From Candidatus Poseidoniaceae archaeon (GTDB taxonomy: Archaea; Thermoplasmatota; Poseidoniia; Poseidoniales; Poseidoniaceae), in NCBI GenBank assembly GCA_024958795.1, contig JANXHP010000009.1, positions 34,776 through 98,775 on the forward strand: a stretch of DNA of 64,000 bases. Reading direction: 5' to 3'. Of the stretch, positions 9,446-19,746 are shown piece after piece. The translations under genes were made by a program, and so were the position numbers. The notes below the pieces were generated by a model. It had not been told where the DNA came from. It worked only from the letters and a program-made list of their open reading frames with translations, and made no database searches. The stretch's first letter is position 1; each line of letters starts with the position of its first letter.

Positions 9446-11521
9446 TCATGCTGGAGTAATTGATGATGTTGCTGGTGTCAATCTATCGATTACAGCCTCT
9501 AACCGCTCTACCAAACTTGCCTTATCAGTATGCTTAACCAAGGCATGTTGCATTACTTCATCCAGAGTATCTACAGCGATAACTTCAACCATCTTTTCGA
9601 ACTCGTCATCGAGAAGAACGTCTTGCATATTGGCACGAGGAATTATCACTGTTTTGATCCCACAACGAGCTGCTGCTTCGATTTTCGCAGTTACACCGCC
9701 AATAGGAAGTACTTCTCCACGCACTGACAAAGAACCAGTCATCGCCAAGTCTTGACGGATTGGAATGTTTTCTAATGCTGAAATAACCGCTGTTGCAATA
9801 GTAATAGATGCGGAATCTCCATCAACACCATGGGTGTTAACGAATTGAATATGAATGTCATAATCAGAAACATCCTTGCCGGTTAACTTCTTGATTACTG
9901 CACTAACATTGGTTACTGATTCCTTAGCCAAATCGGATAGACCGCCGGTAGCATGTATTTTTCCACCACCACCTTGACTTGGGGTAACCAATGCCTCTAC
10001 TGGTAGCATAATGCCACTGAAGTCAGATAATCCAGAATTTGCACCTAATACTGCCAATCCATTTACTCTACCAACTCTTTCACCAGTGCTTACAATTTGT
10101 GAATAATCTAGTCTTCTTTCAATCATTCTATCTGCAACTTGTTGCTCAAGAGGTTTTGCAATCTCCCGTGCCATTAGAACATGTTCAGCAGTAGTTAATG
10201 GAGCATTTTCTTCCATTGCTAAATCTCCAGCAATACGTACAAGCCCACCTAGTTCACGAAGGCGTAAGGACAGTTTTCCACGACGACCTGCTCTTCTTTG
10301 TGCTTCTCTTAGAATAATACTAACTCCACTCTTATCGAAATGTGGAATCTCGCGAACGGTGTCAACATCTCTCAGTACTTCTTGAGCGATGAATCTGATC
10401 AAACGACGTCGGTTACGAGATGTATCTGGCATTTCAGAGTTAACATACACTTCATAGCCATATCCTCTAATTCTGCTTCGTAATGCTGGATGCATTCCTT
10501 GGATAGCATCTAAGTTACCTGCTGCAATGAGAATAAAATCACAAGGAACTGGTTCTGTCTTGGTTAGTGCACCACTAGAGCGTTCGGAACGTCCAGATAT
10601 GGAAAATGCTCTTTCCTGCATTGCAGTTAACAGAGCTTGTTGTTCTTCAAGGCGAAGTAAATTAACTTCATCAATGTAGAGAACTCCTTTGTTAGCTCTA
10701 TGAATTGCACCTGGTTCAACCCTATCATGAGCAGAAGTTTCCATTCCTCCAGATTGGAATGGGTCGTGTCGTACATCACCTAACAGTGAACCTGCCAGTG
10801 TCGCTGTTGCATCAATAAATGGAGGTGCTTCCCCTTGCTCATGCTTGACCAATAATTTTGGAATCCTACTTTCATCAACTGAACCTAGGCGGCTACGGAT
10901 AAACATGTATCCAAATGCTAACAGGAAACCACCGAATAATAGTGTCATTAAATCCCCCGATTGCAAGGCTGCAACAAATAACAGAAGACCAATTAATCCA
11001 AAAGCGAGTAGTAATACCTTTTGTGACTTAGCTTTTTGTTGGCGAATAGCTTCTTTTTGAACCTTGATTATCCTATCACCGCGACCTGCTGGTACCGAAC
11101 GAACTCTAGGCTCATTCTCGTCCTCTTCATTAGGATATACCAAAATATCTTCAAGTGAATCTGCAGGTAACAAGTCAGTCATAGATCTGGCTAACATTGA
11201 TTTTCCAGTACCTGGGTCTCCAATCATTAGCATATGTCTACGTTGTTCAGCCGCCTTTTTGATAACGATAGAACCTGCTTCTTGACCAATTACTTGGTCT
11301 ACTAATCTCTTTGGAATTGGCACTTCATCGGTTGAATTAAAATCAACGCTATCAATCCATTCCTCAATACTGGATTGCAGAACTTCATCCGCTCCTTTAG
11401 GCTCAGGCGCCCAAACAGTGACCTCTGTTTCATCAATATCAACAGCATCATTCTGTTCAAGAACAACGTCAGATGGGACCTCTTCCACAAGGTCACCTTC
11501 ACTCTCATTGTCTTCTGCCAC
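9446..11521 (-). CDS. lonB: Membrane-anchored ATP-dependent protease LonB
   Basis: DQVIGQ, Walker A GDPGTGKS, two TM helices inserted in the AAA domain, Walker B YIDE, catalytic VDGDSAS and GGVTAK. Confidence 0.96.
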   Translation of the reverse strand: MAEDNESEGDLVEEVPSDVVLEQNDAVDIDETEVTVWAPEPKGADEVLQSSIEEWIDSVDFNSTDEVPIPKRLVDQVIGQEAGSIVIKKAAEQRRHMLMIGDPGTGKSMLARSMTDLLPADSLEDILVYPNEEDENEPRVRSVPAGRGDRIIKVQKEAIRQQKAKSQKVLLLAFGLIGLLLFVAALQSGDLMTLLFGGFLLAFGYMFIRSRLGSVDESRIPKLLVKHEQGEAPPFIDATATLAGSLLGDVRHDPFQSGGMETSAHDRVEPGAIHRANKGVLYIDEVNLLRLEEQQALLTAMQERAFSISGRSERSSGALTKTEPVPCDFILIAAGNLDAIQGMHPALRSRIRGYGYEVYVNSEMPDTSRNRRRLIRFIAQEVLRDVDTVREIPHFDKSGVSIILREAQRRAGRRGKLSLRLRELGGLVRIAGDLAMEENAPLTTAEHVLMAREIAKPLEQQVADRMIERRLDYSQIVSTGERVGRVNGLAVLGANSGLSDFSGIMLPVEALVTPSQGGGGKIHATGGLSDLAKESVTNVSAVIKKLTGKDVSDYDIHIQFVNTHGVDGDSASITIATAVISALENIPIRQDLAMTGSLSVRGEVLPIGGVTAKIEAAARCGIKTVIIPRANMQDVLLDDEFEKMVEVIAVDTLDEVMQHALVKHTDKASLVERLEAVIDRLTPATSSITPA

Positions 11522-11611
11522 GATATTCCCTCACATTGCTCCCCTTTAGGGGTTTAGATTTCATTAATTTCAGCGATTATTGCTATAACGACTCACTCAA
11601 AGCCTATTGAC

Positions 11612-14600
11612 TCATAGTTTACCGTCTAGGTACTGTTGCCCATAATGCTGCCATTGCTCCATTGTCCAGCCTACTGGAATTCCGGTTGCAGGAATTGGTG
11701 GTCCCATAACAGGAGCCTGTGGAATAACTGGTTGTTGAACTACTGGTTGCGGCATTGGCAGTGGCATTGGAGCAACTGGTTGCTGGAACAATTGTTGTGT
11801 TCCACCATACATAGAGTTTGCAACTAAATCATCTGAAGGTAATTCTGCACCCCATTTTATTTCTTCTTCTACTGAGTTGCCACCACGCATTAACATCAAG
11901 CCGACTAATAGTGCTGCAATTATCACAAATGCAACGATTCCAATCATCATCATCATGTTGCCACCTGTTTCACTGCTTGTTTCAGCATTGCTTTGGACTT
12001 CTTCAACTGGACAGTCTGCCCGTGGGTCTTCACAAGCAGGTCCAAGTTTAGTTTCAATTTCTACCAATCTAGCATCCAATTCAGTAGTGTCTTCAGACGA
12101 CTCTGAAATTTGTAATTCCAATTCATCTTGACTTGCTATTAGATCTGCTAAGTAATCACTGAACATGGTATCATCCATGTCCTCTGGTTCCGGCATATAC
12201 TCTGTAATGTGCCATTTGACCTTTTCAAGGACCTTGTAATCATCGCCATTGCTGTCAACACCGGCAATGGATAATTCGTAATAATCCATGTAACCAGAAC
12301 CAGATGTTCTTGCATCTTTAGTTGAATCATATGCAGATATAAGAGTTAACTCTGTAGTCCATCCAATATTAGATTTGGATACATCTAGATCGTATTCCAA
12401 AAGACCATCACAAGTTCCGGTGAGGCTATTACAGACATTCCAAGTAACTGATAGACTGGTAAAGATTGGTGAATCTTCTGTAAGCGTCATTGCTACAGTT
12501 GGTGTTTGTCCAACATATGTATCTGTGACATCGACATACATATGCCCTGAACCATCATCATCTGTTGAGATGAGGAACGGATATGCATCAAATACTTCAA
12601 CCGCTATCTCGTAGGTATTGGTATCATACTTATCTGTCGCCATTAGAGTGATTGTATGATCTCCTGTATCATCGAATAATAGAGTTAAACTATTGTCCAT
12701 CATGTTGAATCTTGCAGCACCTGGCTCACTGGAAACCACTGTGATAAATGCTTCAGTAGCATCATTATCAACATCACTAATTCTTGAACCAAGGTCGATT
12801 ACCATTTGGGTTCCTCTCTTGAGAGTGATTGATTCAATGCCATCCATGTCCAAACGAGGTGCATCGTTGATTTCTTGAACCTTGATGACTATTGTTTGGT
12901 CAGATGATTGTTCCCCATCACTTGCTCTAAGAGTTAGTGTTGTTTGACCATTGACATCATCATCAACTGTCTCAAATGATAGAATGTTACCATTGATTTG
13001 TGCAGTTATAATTTCAGGATTGGTGTTATCCATTATTTGAAGATTCAAAGTGCTTGAATCTACATGGTTACCTTCATCGTCAGTATCGGATACATATGGC
13101 ATGAGGGATAGAATATTGCTGCTACCTTCATCTACCATTTGTGTTGGAAGTCCTGCCCAACGTGGTTGTCCATTTTCAATTACATTGAATAGTAAAGTAC
13201 CGTATGGAAGCTCACCTGTTTCGGAGTAATCTCCACCATCATCCATTGTAACTTCCATTCCTTGTTGTCCAAGGGGACAGCCTTGAATTGAATCCCAATC
13301 GAACTTTACTTCAAGTTCTTGCGTTTCAGGATGCCAAGCAACGAATGCTGAATCATCGGAATCAACGATTAGTGTCGATAGATGAGATTCGGGATCGTTA
13401 ATATGTCCAGTCATGTCAACCTTGGTTGAAATATCACACATTACAGAAGGCACTGGTTCTGCAACGATTGTTGGAACACCATTAGCAAGTTTGAATCCAT
13501 CAGTTCCTGTTGAAACCTTCCATTCTCCAGCTTGACCTCTTGCATCAACTGTTCTTGAACGAATGTCATACCAACCAGCAGACATTTCAAGAATCGGTGA
13601 AATCACATATTCTCTTCCTTCGCTATTTGTACCTTCGTAAACAATTGAAGGAGATGCGTCAGAAACAATTTCTGAAATCCATTGATTAGCACCTGTCTCT
13701 GAAACTTCAACATCAAAAGTCATTGAGTGAATATCATCGATGAAATCATTGGCATCACCCTTTGCCAGTACAGAGAATTGTTCTCCACGCGCTACGACAT
13801 TGCTATCCAAAACCATCGCTTTCTTAGACAACGGGACTCTATCGTGGTTAAGTTCCTGTTGCGCTACATTGTTGGCACTATTTGTTTCATCTACCAAGTT
13901 CTTCAAACGAACACCGAATGTAGTCTTCCATGCATTTGATGGAAGAGTTGATGTGTCAAATGTTACTTGAGCAGTTTGTGTTGCCCCCATGTTTAGATTG
14001 TTTAATGAAACTGTATCAATAGCAATTTCATTTACTCCACTCTTGTAAAAGAATTCAATGTCTCCGCCTGCAGAATAATCTAGGTCGCCAACATTGCTTA
14101 TTGTAGATTCTAATGTTAGAACATCTCCTGTAACATATCCTGATGAACCTTCAGGGTTAGTAATTTGAACTGCGCCTGGAGTAATATCCATCTTTGGACC
14201 CATTGTGGAATCTATTGCATGGTAAACATGTGCTGAAGTACCACCTACTGAAACAGTGTTACCGGACATCAAGACTCCGATTACAATCGCTTTTGAAAGG
14301 CCACCAGGAACTACTGCCGTTGGTACTGTTGACCATGTAACAGATTGTGAAGTACCTGTAGGAGTAACACTTGCGAAGGAAGTTCCTGTACCTGAGTTCT
14401 TGGATTTGTATGTATCACCCGAGGTTAACCAACCCATCCAGCAATTCCAACCATGTGGAATTCCACTTGTGTAAGCATATCCAGTACAATCTTTGTCAAC
14501 AAGAGCTGCGTATAGTTTCATATTACTGGCTGCAGTCCCAGATCCAGTGTATTTGTATGAAATATCGATATCATAAGTTGCTCCACTTTGACTAATGGAT

Positions 14601-15100
14601 GCACTCATTCCGTAATCGTTAGTGGCAGAATTCATTCCGCCCCCACTTGAAAATTCATTGTCATATGTATCATAGTTGGCTGAAGCACCACCTTGGTTAT
14701 GGTCAGTACGGTCACCGAAGTAAGCATCAGGTGCTCCCCCTGTTGACCATGCCCAATTGTATGGTGCAACATTTCCTGCACGTGCAGTATCTGTATCGCC
14801 GTATGAGACGGACATGTAAGTGACGTAGACATATTCATCTGGGAAATTTGTCTTCAAAAGATGGTGGGTATCTGAACCTCCACCAGTCTTTGAACAGTGT
14901 CCACAGTTATCTGAAGAAATATATTGCCCAAAGACAACATGCCCTGGACTTGTTGCTGATGAAGGGTATTTAATTATTGGTTCATCTTCAAGGATTTGCT
15001 CTGATTCAAAGGCATTTAATTCTGAAGTGAATCCAAGGGATAAACTACCTAAAAACAGTGCTACGATAGTTAGGGCTAGGAGACGCGCTGGCATACTCAT
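11612..15100 (-). CDS. Large secreted, C-terminally anchored surface protein: thioredoxin/Omp28-like CxxC domain, CARDB-like and cadherin/Ig-like repeats, TM helix, Pro-rich tail
   Basis: Signal peptide. NCGHC and GGAPDAYF. CARDB-like TISNVGDLD...DETNSANN. INDAP and DPE/DVD cadherin-like motifs. TM helix, then a tail ending GWTMEQWQHYGQQYL. Confidence 0.8.
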   Translation of the reverse strand: MSMPARLLALTIVALFLGSLSLGFTSELNAFESEQILEDEPIIKYPSSATSPGHVVFGQYISSDNCGHCSKTGGGSDTHHLLKTNFPDEYVYVTYMSVSYGDTDTARAGNVAPYNWAWSTGGAPDAYFGDRTDHNQGGASANYDTYDNEFSSGGGMNSATNDYGMSASISQSGATYDIDISYKYTGSGTAASNMKLYAALVDKDCTGYAYTSGIPHGWNCWMGWLTSGDTYKSKNSGTGTSFASVTPTGTSQSVTWSTVPTAVVPGGLSKAIVIGVLMSGNTVSVGGTSAHVYHAIDSTMGPKMDITPGAVQITNPEGSSGYVTGDVLTLESTISNVGDLDYSAGGDIEFFYKSGVNEIAIDTVSLNNLNMGATQTAQVTFDTSTLPSNAWKTTFGVRLKNLVDETNSANNVAQQELNHDRVPLSKKAMVLDSNVVARGEQFSVLAKGDANDFIDDIHSMTFDVEVSETGANQWISEIVSDASPSIVYEGTNSEGREYVISPILEMSAGWYDIRSRTVDARGQAGEWKVSTGTDGFKLANGVPTIVAEPVPSVMCDISTKVDMTGHINDPESHLSTLIVDSDDSAFVAWHPETQELEVKFDWDSIQGCPLGQQGMEVTMDDGGDYSETGELPYGTLLFNVIENGQPRWAGLPTQMVDEGSSNILSLMPYVSDTDDEGNHVDSSTLNLQIMDNTNPEIITAQINGNILSFETVDDDVNGQTTLTLRASDGEQSSDQTIVIKVQEINDAPRLDMDGIESITLKRGTQMVIDLGSRISDVDNDATEAFITVVSSEPGAARFNMMDNSLTLLFDDTGDHTITLMATDKYDTNTYEIAVEVFDAYPFLISTDDDGSGHMYVDVTDTYVGQTPTVAMTLTEDSPIFTSLSVTWNVCNSLTGTCDGLLEYDLDVSKSNIGWTTELTLISAYDSTKDARTSGSGYMDYYELSIAGVDSNGDDYKVLEKVKWHITEYMPEPEDMDDTMFSDYLADLIASQDELELQISESSEDTTELDARLVEIETKLGPACEDPRADCPVEEVQSNAETSSETGGNMMMMIGIVAFVIIAALLVGLMLMRGGNSVEEEIKWGAELPSDDLVANSMYGGTQQLFQQPVAPMPLPMPQPVVQQPVIPQAPVMGPPIPATGIPVGWTMEQWQHYGQQYLDGKL

Positions 15101-15300
15101 GGCTATCCGTCTATCTAGACGGTATTTTAAAGCGTCGCATCAATGTCATTATTTATTAATGCCTATGATATGAATCTTTTATGAAAAATGTAACTTAGTA
15201 TAGCATTTGTAATAATATTTTCATTACTCCATCATATTATTCAAAAATTGATGTTATCCTAAGCGGAATTGTTGTAATGTGATGCTGTCTCGCAGTAACA

Positions 15301-16089
15301 ATGGATGACAATAATTGGGTAGTTCTTAGTGAACCAGAAGGGAAAATCTATGTTGTGGAATTAACCGATGGTGTTACAAAAATAAAGGGCATTGGAGTAA
15401 TAGATACAAAGGCCACTTTGGGTGAAATGATGATTGGTGATTCAGTTCAACTAGGCAACAAATCATTCACAAGAGTAGCCCCCCGATTACCTGAATTGAA
15501 TAAGGGAATGAAAAGAAGAGCGCAAACAATTTCTGCTAAAGATGCAGGTTTTTTCATCGCAAAACTAGGCATTGGTCCTGGTGATCGAGTCTTGGAAGCC
15601 GGTCTTGGTAGTGCTGGACTTTCTATGCATATTGCCCGTTCATTAGGTGACTCTGGGATTCATGTTACTGTTGAGCCTCGTACTGAACATGCTGATGTTG
15701 GCCTTGAGAATTTGCGAAGGGCAAAGGAAATGTGGACACAATTCCCAACCCATCATCATGTTGAAGGATTCATTGAAGAAGTGGTAGATGATATCAAACC
15801 GCATAGTGAATCATTTGATGCTATTATCCTTGATTTGCCGCAGCATGCACCTGCAATTGATGCGGTTGCACCTATGTTATCACTCGGTGGTAGAATTGCT
15901 TGTTACTGCCCTGTTACCAGTCAAGTTGAATCCGCTTGGAAGGCATGTGAAGATGCTGGATTGGAAGTTGAATGGGCTGGAGAATTGATGGAGCGAAAAT
16001 GGGGTATGGCAAGCAAAGGTGGAATGCGTCCAGTCAATGGAGCATTTGGACATACTGCGTTTCTTCTAATTGCGTATAGAAAACAATGA
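15301..16089 (+). CDS. trmI: tRNA (adenine-N1)-methyltransferase, TrmI/Gcd14 family
   Basis: Motifs RRAQTI..KD, VLEAGLGSAGLS, ILDLP, YCP...QV, GHTAFL. Confidence 0.88.
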   Translation: MDDNNWVVLSEPEGKIYVVELTDGVTKIKGIGVIDTKATLGEMMIGDSVQLGNKSFTRVAPRLPELNKGMKRRAQTISAKDAGFFIAKLGIGPGDRVLEAGLGSAGLSMHIARSLGDSGIHVTVEPRTEHADVGLENLRRAKEMWTQFPTHHHVEGFIEEVVDDIKPHSESFDAIILDLPQHAPAIDAVAPMLSLGGRIACYCPVTSQVESAWKACEDAGLEVEWAGELMERKWGMASKGGMRPVNGAFGHTAFLLIAYRKQ

Positions 16090-16109
16090 AGTTGATGGAT
16101 TTCAACAAA

Positions 16110-19100
16110 TCATTCGATAACTCTGATTTTGTTATCGCATGAAGGACAACTAAATCGGAACGGAGGTGTTGAGCCACGTGGTACACCCAATCTACTATCG
16201 CAACTTGGACAGGATACTTTGTTATCATCGCTCATCCTACATTCATTGTAGCCAAGTTCATCTTCTACCTCATCCTCTTCTTCCTCCTCTTCTTCAGTAG
16301 TTGCTAATTCATCATTTGATGAGGAATTTTTTCTTGTCATTCTAACAACTACCACAAGGAGAATTGCGATTATCCAACCTGCTGCCATCGCATTGATACT
16401 AGCACTATTACTCATCGAAAGACCGAGTGGTAGAGAAATACCGGAAGGTGGTAATTGTGGACCTTCTATGTCCACAGTGAAGGTTGCTGAATCATCTGAA
16501 GTAGTGCTTGAGCCTACTTGACTAATTGACCTAATGGTTAATTCTGCATGGTTCTCTGTGCTGACCAGTGAGTTGAATTGAACCGAAAAATCAGCTGATT
16601 GACCCGGCCCTAATACATATTCAGTGGTATTTACTAGATCTGCCATTCGTTGCCATTCAATGGAGAATAATCCATCACCCATTCCAATAACTGATAAGTT
16701 TCCTGTTACGTCTGAATTTGCTAGATTTGATAAGGTAAGAATCATACTAGAACCGCCAGAATTTGGAACGGTTAATTCTGTGTGTTCAATGGAGATAAAT
16801 ATCACTCCATCACTACCCCATACTGGCTCAACAGTATACACTTCAGCAACCTCTTCAAGGAAAGTTGTTCTAGCACTAGAGGTCACTCTAAATTTGAAGT
16901 GAGAAGTTCCTGCTGCAGCATTGTCTGGAATTACACAGGCCCAAGTAATCGCTTGACTTGATGCTCCTGCATCCAAGCTTAATAATTCTGAAACTCCGCA
17001 ATCAAAATCACCTACAGTAGTCAACAATAGATTATCTAAACCGGTTCCACTATTGGTGACGATAACACTACCATGTATTGTATCTCCTGGCTTTCCACTA
17101 TCATCATCAGAAATCACTGTTATTGTCGCACCTGCTTGTAATGACTCTATCGTTAGATTCATGGAATCCATTACAGATGTGTCAGAAGATGAAGATACTA
17201 CCAAGGAAATTACTACTCCTGCGGCAGGTGCACCGGAAGCGGCTTCCCTAACACCAAGAGTGATTCCCGAAGATTCACCAGCAGTCAAACTTACAGATGT
17301 AGAAGACAATACAAATTCAAACCATTGTGATGCTCCATTATCTTGTAATGTGATGTGTAATGTGTCTGTTGTTGTTCCAAGGTTTGTCACATCAAATGTC
17401 AATTCAGCACCTGGGATTGGACCTGCAACCAGTCGTCCAGTTGTACCTGATAGCAAAACTTCTACCTTTTGTGAAATCTGTAAATCAAGAGAGAGGCTAG
17501 CTGAAGTACCATTTCCTCCATAGGCAAATGTCAGCAAATGTGAACCTGCATTAGCACTTGAAAGCATAGTTACTGTAAGGTTTACTTGGACACTTTGACC
17601 AGCTTCTATCAGTAAATTAGAATGACTCAATTCAACCTCAGCACCTGCTGGTAATCCGAGAAGAGATGCTACCAAAGAGAGGTTCTGTGTGCCCGTGTTC
17701 ACCAATTGTGCAGATATTGTAGACGACTGACCAGGTTTCACTGAAATTCTCCCATCTAATGGACCATTCATCTCAAGAGAAGCAATCGGTTGAACGTCTA
17801 CGCTAAGATTTGCTGAAACTGTTTGTCCTGAATATGTAATTGAAAATTCTTGCTCAATCATACCCAGTTGGCCAATGTCAGCATCGGTTGATACTGTCCA
17901 AATTCCTACTTGGCCTGATCCTACTAACACTCCAGTGGCTGAAGTAATCGATGTTGTTAATCCATCATTACTTGCAACATCCAAATAAAATGTGACTGCT
18001 TCAGAACCGGTATTGTTTGCTCTAATTTCATACTGCTGTGGGGAACCTGGAGTTATTGATATTACTCCATTCGGAAGAACCATTGAAAATTCAACAAATT
18101 CATCTACCTCGATTGAGAAAGAAAATGTTCCCGCTGTAATTGTTAGATCGTTATCAATATCTGTTTCTGCACTAATAGTAAAGTCACATGCGTCTGAAGC
18201 CGTAGCATTTTCTCCGACAACAACTTGCACATCAATATCCTTGGCTTCACCTGAAACAAAATCTTGTGCTGTAGAGTCTATTATTGATGCAGTACAAGGG
18301 CCAGCATCAACATTTAACATCATTGAATAATTTTGCTGACCATTGCCAAGATTTGTTGCTTGAATTGTTGTATTTGTTGCTGCTGCTGCAAAGAAATCTT
18401 GATCTTGTGATAAGAATGCAAAAGAAACCTCATACTCTTCAGTCACTTCAACTACGAGTAATGTCGATGAAGAAATATTTCCTTCTGTCGAGGCAATGTA
18501 GAGTCTAAATCCGTAATAATCCGGTTCAGCATCTATTGGAACTTCAATTTGCAATAATGATTGGATTGAGGTTCCTGCAGCGATATTGCTTAACTCATCA
18601 GTCTGCCAAAATACATTCCAATTTGCCGGCAGGTTACCACCAAGGCCGTTTGGTTGTATTGAATCAGTGCCATTTCCAGTTCCATTTCCAGTACCATTGC
18701 CTGTGCCATTTCCAGTTCCATTTCCTGATGAACCGCTACTACAGCCGATTATCAAGTACAAACAAAGTTGTATTGAATTAGAATCAATTGCAGTTCCATT
18801 GCTAGACAATGTTCCAGTCATGGTGATATTTCCAATGGCTATTGGTAGCCATGTTGTTGAAAGATTTACCAAAGATACTGTTCCGTTTTGTGTATCATTC
18901 CAAGACCATACTTGTGTTCCTAAGTCATCTTCTGCTACCACTTCTAATAGATAAGATACATTTGATTCAAGTGGACTTATCTCAACACTTACATTCATTG
19001 CACCATTGGTTAAATCATAGGAAGTTCCATTGACTGGTTGCGTGAACATTAGAGTTTCATTGCCGCTTGCCTCATCCCATGGTTCTACGACTACAGTTTG

Positions 19101-19682
19101 ATTTTGCCACCAAGTAGCCAAATCAGGTTCATACTCAACATCAAGAAGGAAGGTGTCTTCAACAGAACCATAATTCCAAGCATTAAATGTCAAATTAGAG
19201 ATCTCACCCTGCTCAAAGGAAACTCCTCCGGACCAGTTATTTTCTAATGCAGGCTCATACGATGGTGCAACAGAAACAAAAACAGTGATTGTTGATGAAA
19301 TATTTTCATCTGGTTCTGTTACAATAATGTCAAATGAACCACTATCACTAGGAGTTCCACCTTCTCCAAGTCTAACAATAATAGTAGTATTTTTTGACCA
19401 AGTTGGAAACACATTTTCAACAACATCTTCGCTAGCAATTATTTCCCAAACCGAAGATAGCGCTGCTGAATCAATTGTTACATTATAGGATTCAATAGAT
19501 GTACCGTTATTGTTTATGTTGAGAGTGACATTGCTGGATTGGCCGTCGCTGAGGATAACATGTGCGACATCAGTTGATAGGTTAATTCCATCATCTGCAG
19601 TGGCTGAAAAGGCCAACGGAGTTATACTTGCAGTAAGTAATACGACAACAAGGACCACAGCACGGATTGATTGTGACGACAT
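16110..19682 (-). CDS. Large surface/S-layer-like protein with tandem NEW3/COG1470-like Ig domains, C-terminal TM and cytoplasmic Zn ribbon
   Basis: Signal peptide. Repeated 'N.G...D.F/L.L' Ig modules. TM helix, poly-Glu linker, then CPSC-x17-CPSC at the C-terminus. Confidence 0.8.
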   Translation of the reverse strand: MSSQSIRAVVLVVVLLTASITPLAFSATADDGINLSTDVAHVILSDGQSSNVTLNINNNGTSIESYNVTIDSAALSSVWEIIASEDVVENVFPTWSKNTTIIVRLGEGGTPSDSGSFDIIVTEPDENISSTITVFVSVAPSYEPALENNWSGGVSFEQGEISNLTFNAWNYGSVEDTFLLDVEYEPDLATWWQNQTVVVEPWDEASGNETLMFTQPVNGTSYDLTNGAMNVSVEISPLESNVSYLLEVVAEDDLGTQVWSWNDTQNGTVSLVNLSTTWLPIAIGNITMTGTLSSNGTAIDSNSIQLCLYLIIGCSSGSSGNGTGNGTGNGTGNGTGNGTDSIQPNGLGGNLPANWNVFWQTDELSNIAAGTSIQSLLQIEVPIDAEPDYYGFRLYIASTEGNISSSTLLVVEVTEEYEVSFAFLSQDQDFFAAAATNTTIQATNLGNGQQNYSMMLNVDAGPCTASIIDSTAQDFVSGEAKDIDVQVVVGENATASDACDFTISAETDIDNDLTITAGTFSFSIEVDEFVEFSMVLPNGVISITPGSPQQYEIRANNTGSEAVTFYLDVASNDGLTTSITSATGVLVGSGQVGIWTVSTDADIGQLGMIEQEFSITYSGQTVSANLSVDVQPIASLEMNGPLDGRISVKPGQSSTISAQLVNTGTQNLSLVASLLGLPAGAEVELSHSNLLIEAGQSVQVNLTVTMLSSANAGSHLLTFAYGGNGTSASLSLDLQISQKVEVLLSGTTGRLVAGPIPGAELTFDVTNLGTTTDTLHITLQDNGASQWFEFVLSSTSVSLTAGESSGITLGVREAASGAPAAGVVISLVVSSSSDTSVMDSMNLTIESLQAGATITVISDDDSGKPGDTIHGSVIVTNSGTGLDNLLLTTVGDFDCGVSELLSLDAGASSQAITWACVIPDNAAAGTSHFKFRVTSSARTTFLEEVAEVYTVEPVWGSDGVIFISIEHTELTVPNSGGSSMILTLSNLANSDVTGNLSVIGMGDGLFSIEWQRMADLVNTTEYVLGPGQSADFSVQFNSLVSTENHAELTIRSISQVGSSTTSDDSATFTVDIEGPQLPPSGISLPLGLSMSNSASINAMAAGWIIAILLVVVVRMTRKNSSSNDELATTEEEEEEEDEVEDELGYNECRMSDDNKVSCPSCDSRLGVPRGSTPPFRFSCPSCDNKIRVIE
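18666..18725 (-). repeat. 5 x 12-bp coding tandem repeat encoding (GNGT)5
   Basis: Units agtgccatttcc/agttccatttcc/agtaccattgcc/tgtgccatttcc/agttccatttcc differ only at synonymous positions. Confidence 0.9.
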
Positions 19683-19746
19683 AGGACCAAATCAAGCGGA
19701 GTGTCTATCCCACTTGAGGGGTTCGGCCCTTAGGGCCGGTTGAGAC

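Noticed and set aside
16624-19743. Many 60-160 aa antisense ORFs over the large surface-protein genes (also 33-44 kb and 56-58 kb)
   Set aside because: These are shadow frames caused by codon bias on the coding strand and carry no recognisable motifs.
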